Source: Promethearchaeota archaeon
GTDB taxonomy: Archaea; Asgardarchaeota; Lokiarchaeia; Sigyniarchaeales; SOKP01
Direction of reading: 5' to 3'
Length of the DNA stretch: 64,000 bases
Assembly: GCA_048939995.1 (NCBI GenBank)
Contig: JBHLOY010000001.1
Span: 462,449-526,448 of the forward strand
Shown here: in pieces, positions 59,702 through 64,000 of the stretch
Numbering within the stretch: the first letter of the stretch is position 1
Layout: each line of letters begins with the position of its first letter
Translations under genes and position numbers: made by a program
The notes under the pieces: model-generated
What the model saw: only the letters and a program-made list of their open reading frames with translations
What the model was told of the DNA's origin: nothing
The model's database searches: none

Positions 59702-61615
59702 TCAATAGATTTCAAAATCTTTGATTGTAAAATTCTTCCTTATTTTTTTTATGATAGGAAATAAACTTAAATAAGTTAGTATAAGAAGTAGGATAAATAA
59801 TGTACCCATGATCATAAATGGAACTGAAATGTCAGGTAAATAAACTCTCTCGAAAAGAATAATTGAATTTAAGATCATGCTTAACCCTAAGCTTAACAAG
59901 GTTGAAGGTGTTAAGACATAGAGGGTCTCTAAGAAGAGTATTTTCTTAATAGAACGATACTTTGAACCAATAGCTCTCATAATTAGGAAATCTTTGGCTT
60001 TTTCAATAATACCTCCTTTTTGGTAATTATATAGTGATAAAGAGAAAATAACAGTCATAGATAAAGTTAAGAAAAAAGGATACAATGAGAGAACGGTAAT
60101 ATAATTTAAATTTTGTTCAAAGATGAAGTCAAGATTAATAAAAGTAAAATTAGATCCAAGATTGTTATTAATAATTGTTTCTAAGTCAGAAGTTAAAGAG
60201 CTATAAGATCCCTCCTGATATTCTATTAATATCAAATTAACTGTGCGGTTTATAAAATTTAATTCATTTCGAAAAATTTCAATATCTATGTAGCCGCAAT
60301 ATCCACTATAAAAACAATCTATAACAATGCCAGAAATTTGAAATATATGATTTAAATCTTCTACTACCATGCCTTGATTAAAAGCATAATCAAAAAAGTT
60401 GTAGGCCAAACCATCTCCAATCACCATGTACTCAAAAGAATCACTTTGAGTGAAAAATCTACCTTCAATTTCAAAATTTTGGATGAGTTTTGTTGAATTT
60501 ATGCCTACTATTGGAAAATTACCCGTTCTTTGTTGACCTATAATATCATATCCTCCATCTTGATAGTATATATATCCATCTAATTCTTCAGTATTGGAAA
60601 AAGCAATTAATCTCTCATCGATAGTCCTAATACTGCTTAAATTATATAATTCTTCTAAATCAGTTAAATTAAAGAGATATTCATGTTCTAAAAAATCGAT
60701 ATTATCTGACTCAACGAGAGAACTTGGGTTTGAAAACATACCATACATTAATGTATAATTATATAGCACTTGTTTATGCCCAACTGCAATGACATTTTTA
60801 CCTTGTGATTTATTTACCCATTCTCTAGCAGATGTCCCCAAAACGGAGGTTCCCAAAGTGAGTGTTAAAATTATTAGAGAAAGGATTGAAAATAAAATGA
60901 AGTAGCGCTTAAATTCACCTTTTCTTCGGATTGTGTTCAAGATTGAAATTTTGAAATTAAAACCGATCCTAGATAACCACCTAGGAATAGTAGTTAGGGG
61001 TTTTGCAGCATTATAGTCATAAGGAATTCCTTTTGAAAAACTTTTTACAATTTTTTCATTCCCAAACTTCCTTAAAATATAACCAGGAACTAAAAATATT
61101 CCTATTAGACATGAGATGAATAAGATTGGCAGGTAGAAATAATCTATGTGGAAGTAGATAAAAAAGCCTAGAGAACTTGAAATTAAGGCAAAGATTCCAA
61201 AGGAAAGTAATCCTACCAACAGGCCCACAACAAATCCTATAAGGAAAATTATATAGACTTCTGTTAAATAAAAGCTATATAATTTTCTGGGAACAGAACC
61301 TAAAGCTCTCATTATGGCAAGATCTCGTTTTTTAGATATGATTAAAGTACAACTTATAATTATCACTAGAATGAAAGCTAATCCTATTACCAAAAAAACA
61401 ATTAAGACACTATAGTTAGTATAAATAAAATTTATACTTCCAGAGAAGAAAAATGGATTGCTAAATTCATAAATAATAAAACTATTTAATCCTGTAGAAG
61501 TTGCAAAGTAAATCAAAAAAGTGGTAATACTGATTATCAGTACAATCATAAATAAGTATTGAAATGATATTTCTTTCTTCCGGTAAAAATCTTTTAAGGC
61601 AAAATCGATTGACAT
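59702..61615 (-). CDS. ABC transporter permease (FtsX/MacB-like)
   Basis: Two IMRALG/IMRAIG motifs, TM helices and a large extracytoplasmic domain. Confidence 0.88.
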   Translation of the reverse strand: MSIDFALKDFYRKKEISFQYLFMIVLIISITTFLIYFATSTGLNSFIIYEFSNPFFFSGSINFIYTNYSVLIVFLVIGLAFILVIIISCTLIISKKRDLAIMRALGSVPRKLYSFYLTEVYIIFLIGFVVGLLVGLLSFGIFALISSSLGFFIYFHIDYFYLPILFISCLIGIFLVPGYILRKFGNEKIVKSFSKGIPYDYNAAKPLTTIPRWLSRIGFNFKISILNTIRRKGEFKRYFILFSILSLIILTLTLGTSVLGTSAREWVNKSQGKNVIAVGHKQVLYNYTLMYGMFSNPSSLVESDNIDFLEHEYLFNLTDLEELYNLSSIRTIDERLIAFSNTEELDGYIYYQDGGYDIIGQQRTGNFPIVGINSTKLIQNFEIEGRFFTQSDSFEYMVIGDGLAYNFFDYAFNQGMVVEDLNHIFQISGIVIDCFYSGYCGYIDIEIFRNELNFINRTVNLILIEYQEGSYSSLTSDLETIINNNLGSNFTFINLDFIFEQNLNYITVLSLYPFFLTLSMTVIFSLSLYNYQKGGIIEKAKDFLIMRAIGSKYRSIKKILFLETLYVLTPSTLLSLGLSMILNSIILFERVYLPDISVPFMIMGTLFILLLILTYLSLFPIIKKIRKNFTIKDFEIY

Positions 61616-61636
61616 AAATTAATTCCTACTCCTAAT

Positions 61637-62383
61637 TTATAGTTGTTCTACAATTTTTCCATCCTCAAATTTAATAATTGTATCCGCAAGTTCGATTAAA
61701 TAATCATCATGAGTAACCACTATTATAGTTTTTCCAGAATTCTTTAATTCTTTAAAGAGATCTCTAATAAATAGACTTGTATTTTGATCTAAATTGGCAG
61801 TAGGTTCATCTGCTAAAATAATTGGTGGATCATTTGCTAACGCACGAGCGATAGCTACTCTCTGCTGTTCACCTGCTGAAAGTTGAAATGGAAGATGTTC
61901 TCTCCTCTCAGCCAATCCAATTTTTTTTAGAAGATAGATTGCCCGTTCCCTTTGCCCTTTAAGGTTCATACCTGCTAGTTTCATTGGAAAAATAACATTT
62001 TCCTCCGCAGTTAATGTACTAATAAGATTGTAATTCTGAAATATAAATCCTGAATTTATTAGTCTAAAAGTAGCTAAAGTTTCCTCTTCCATATCCGTAA
62101 TTTTTACTCTGCTGTTATAGATAATTCCAGAGTCAGGAGAGTCTAAGCCTCCTATTAAATTTAAAAGTGTAGTTTTGCCTGCACCGGAAGGTCCCTTTAT
62201 TACAACAAGCGCATTTTCTTTTATATCTAAGGATACTCCGTCTACCGCCCTAACTACAAAATCACCAATTTCATAGTCTTTTATTAATTTAGAAGTCCTA
62301 ATGATGATATTTTCTTCATCTGATTCTAATATAGTATTATTTTCTTTATATTCTCGATAATTAGCTAAGGAATCTTTTTCCAT
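61637..62383 (-). CDS. ABC transporter ATP-binding protein (LolD-like)
   Basis: GPSGAGKT, LSAGEQQRVAIARAL and ADEPTANLD motifs. Confidence 0.95.
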   Translation of the reverse strand: MEKDSLANYREYKENNTILESDEENIIIRTSKLIKDYEIGDFVVRAVDGVSLDIKENALVVIKGPSGAGKTTLLNLIGGLDSPDSGIIYNSRVKITDMEEETLATFRLINSGFIFQNYNLISTLTAEENVIFPMKLAGMNLKGQRERAIYLLKKIGLAERREHLPFQLSAGEQQRVAIARALANDPPIILADEPTANLDQNTSLFIRDLFKELKNSGKTIIVVTHDDYLIELADTIIKFEDGKIVEQL

Positions 62384-62515
62384 AATTATTATTTTTGTTT
62401 GTAATTCAAAGCTATTTCTCTAATAATTTATAGCCATTTAAAATGTTAATTAAAGGATTTTGAACTCTTATTAATATTGTGATTTCTTCAAGGATTAAAA
62501 TTTTAGAAAAGAAGA

Positions 62516-62673
62516 AGAGGGAAATCGGGAGTAGGAAACCTCCAAAGAGGTCAAGTTTGGGATAAAACTTTAGTTAGTTACCATATAATTCATTAGGCGA
62601 AACGCCCCAAGACTAATGTTTAATTAGGAAATTAGGGGATATTATATATTTTTTACTCGCCGAAGATCCCTCT
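62516..62673. ncRNA. Candidate ~158-nt multibranched structured RNA
   Basis: Closing stems AGAGGGA/TCCCTCT, TCGG/CCGA and GAGTA/TACTC enclose hairpins ACCTC/GAGGT, AAGTTT/AAACTT and CATTAG/CTAATG. Confidence 0.55.
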
Positions 62674-62879
62674 AATGATAAAATATGAAGAGATGATATA
62701 TAAACTTTAACTTTTAAATTAAATAGGATTTTATATTTTTAGCCACATAAACCCATTTTTATTGCTCTCTTCAAGCTTCTAAGATTTTACACCATTGTCA
62801 AGGTAATGTCTTTTTGTTAAAATTTAAACATTTTTAATGATTAAGTTATATAATAATACAAGATAAACAGAAGTAGGGA

Positions 62880-63524
62880 GTGACACTTATGGATTTTGAG
62901 AAATTAACTGAATTAATTATAGAATTAGAAGTTGATGATATTGCTAATGCTGTTAAAGAAGCTTTAGAGGTTGATGCTAAAGATCCCTTTGAAGTATTAA
63001 ACGCCTTAACAAAAGGTATGGATGAAGTGGGTCGAAGATATGAGGAAAAAGAGTATTATTTAACAGAATTAGTTTTAGCGGGAGAGACTATGAAAGAAGC
63101 ATTTAAAATCTTGCAGCCCGCATTAGCTGCTACAGATAAATCAAGTGAGAAAGTTAAAGTGATACTAGCAACTGTTAAGGGAGATAACCATGATATCGGA
63201 AAAAACATATTAGCTTCACTATTACTAAGCTCTGGTTTCGAGATACATGATTTAGGTATGGATGTGGATGAGGATACAATAATTAAGAGGGTGAAAGAAA
63301 CAGGTGCAACGATTATAGGATTAAGTTCACTTCTGACAATGACTGTGGATCAAATTAAAGTTGTCCATGAAGCATTACAAGCAGCGGGTTTACGAGATAA
63401 GGTTAAACTTATAGTTGGTGGAGCTCCATTAAATATGGATCTTGCTAAAAGCTTAGGTGCTGATGATTTTGCTGATGATGCAGTATCTGGAGTAAAACAT
63501 ATTAAGGAATTAGCTGGTAAGTAG
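62880..63524 (+). CDS. Methyltransferase corrinoid protein (B12-binding)
   Basis: GM..VG..YE, TVKGDNHDIGKN, DLG.DV, LSSLLT and VGGAP motifs. Confidence 0.93.
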   Translation: MTLMDFEKLTELIIELEVDDIANAVKEALEVDAKDPFEVLNALTKGMDEVGRRYEEKEYYLTELVLAGETMKEAFKILQPALAATDKSSEKVKVILATVKGDNHDIGKNILASLLLSSGFEIHDLGMDVDEDTIIKRVKETGATIIGLSSLLTMTVDQIKVVHEALQAAGLRDKVKLIVGGAPLNMDLAKSLGADDFADDAVSGVKHIKELAGK

Positions 63525-63714
63525 AATTCTTTACTAACTTCTTTTTTAAAATATTTTATAGAGAATTTATATTTTATAAAAGTGTTTTAACTAAAACATT
63601 AGTTACTGTTTATTGTTATTGTTCTTTTCTACTAAATTATAATGTGAATATTTAATTCTCATTTGCATTGATTATATATTGAATTTATATGTGGTAAAGA
63701 AAGGTGATTATGAA

Positions 63715-63957
63715 GTGCCGAAAGATATAAAATATGATCAAGAATTAGATACTAGAGGTTTATATTGCCCAGAACCTCTGTTTGAAGTTAGAAACTTTTC
63801 AGAATCTCTTGAAGTAGGACAATGTTTTAAAGTGCTGGCAGATGATCCAGCAGCAGAAGAAGATTTAAAGCGATGGGCAAAAAGAACTGATACAGAGTTA
63901 GTCGAGTTTTATAAGGATGGCGAGGATTTAGTTTTTTATTTTAAAAAAAAAAAATAG
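63715..63957 (+). CDS. tusA: TusA/SirA sulfur carrier protein
   Basis: LDTRGLYCPEP and ADDPAA motifs; SD AGGTGA favours GTG at 63715 over 63679. Confidence 0.9.
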   Translation: MPKDIKYDQELDTRGLYCPEPLFEVRNFSESLEVGQCFKVLADDPAAEEDLKRWAKRTDTELVEFYKDGEDLVFYFKKKK

Positions 63958-63969
63958 GAGAGAAAAAAT

Positions 63970-64000
63970 ATGGAAGAAAAACATATTCTATATGTACAAA
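63970..64000 (+). CDS. 5' start of a truncated gene (possibly DsrE-like)
   Basis: SD GGAG then MEEKHILYVQ, directly after tusA. Confidence 0.4.
   Translation, partial: MEEKHILYVQ

Noticed and set aside
62516-62673. Cobalamin riboswitch or RNase P RNA
   Set aside because: Only AGGGAA and GGAAAC fragments match; the B12 box, GGTG/AATCC elements and the P4 partner sequence are absent.
1-64000. CRISPR arrays, rRNA, transposases and selenoprotein/SECIS pairs
   Set aside because: No repeat-spacer periodicity, rRNA-like segment, transposase motif or conserved Cys-aligned in-frame TGA was found by eye.

Overview
AT-rich archaeal chromosome segment whose gene content points to an Asgard archaeon of the Lokiarchaeia type (Roadblock/longin-like proteins, S19e-L39e-L31e-eIF6-LX-prefoldin-FtsY-SecE cluster, ArcS/RaSEA, Gar1, TFB, S26e). 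The main result is a dnaG gene split by a 34-nt insertion in the conserved IFGQ|TEGLL motif. The insertion folds into a bulge-helix-bulge-like motif whose canonical cut sites restore the reading frame exactly, so it is a candidate tRNA-endonuclease-spliced mRNA intron. Two tRNA genes here (Phe with two introns, Gly with one) carry introns at non-canonical positions, implying a relaxed-specificity splicing endonuclease. Other points: an Lrp/AsnC regulator with an internal TBP half-domain, at least five genes that seem to start at ATT/ATA/ATC, a sigma-1 receptor/ERG2 homologue, a Thermotoga-type iolM/iolN/iolO set, an unannotated ubiquitin-like protein ending GG-S, an alpha-SNAP-like TPR protein, and two structured intergenic RNA candidates. 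No CRISPR array, rRNA or mobile element was seen. All family calls come from motif recognition by eye, not from database searches.
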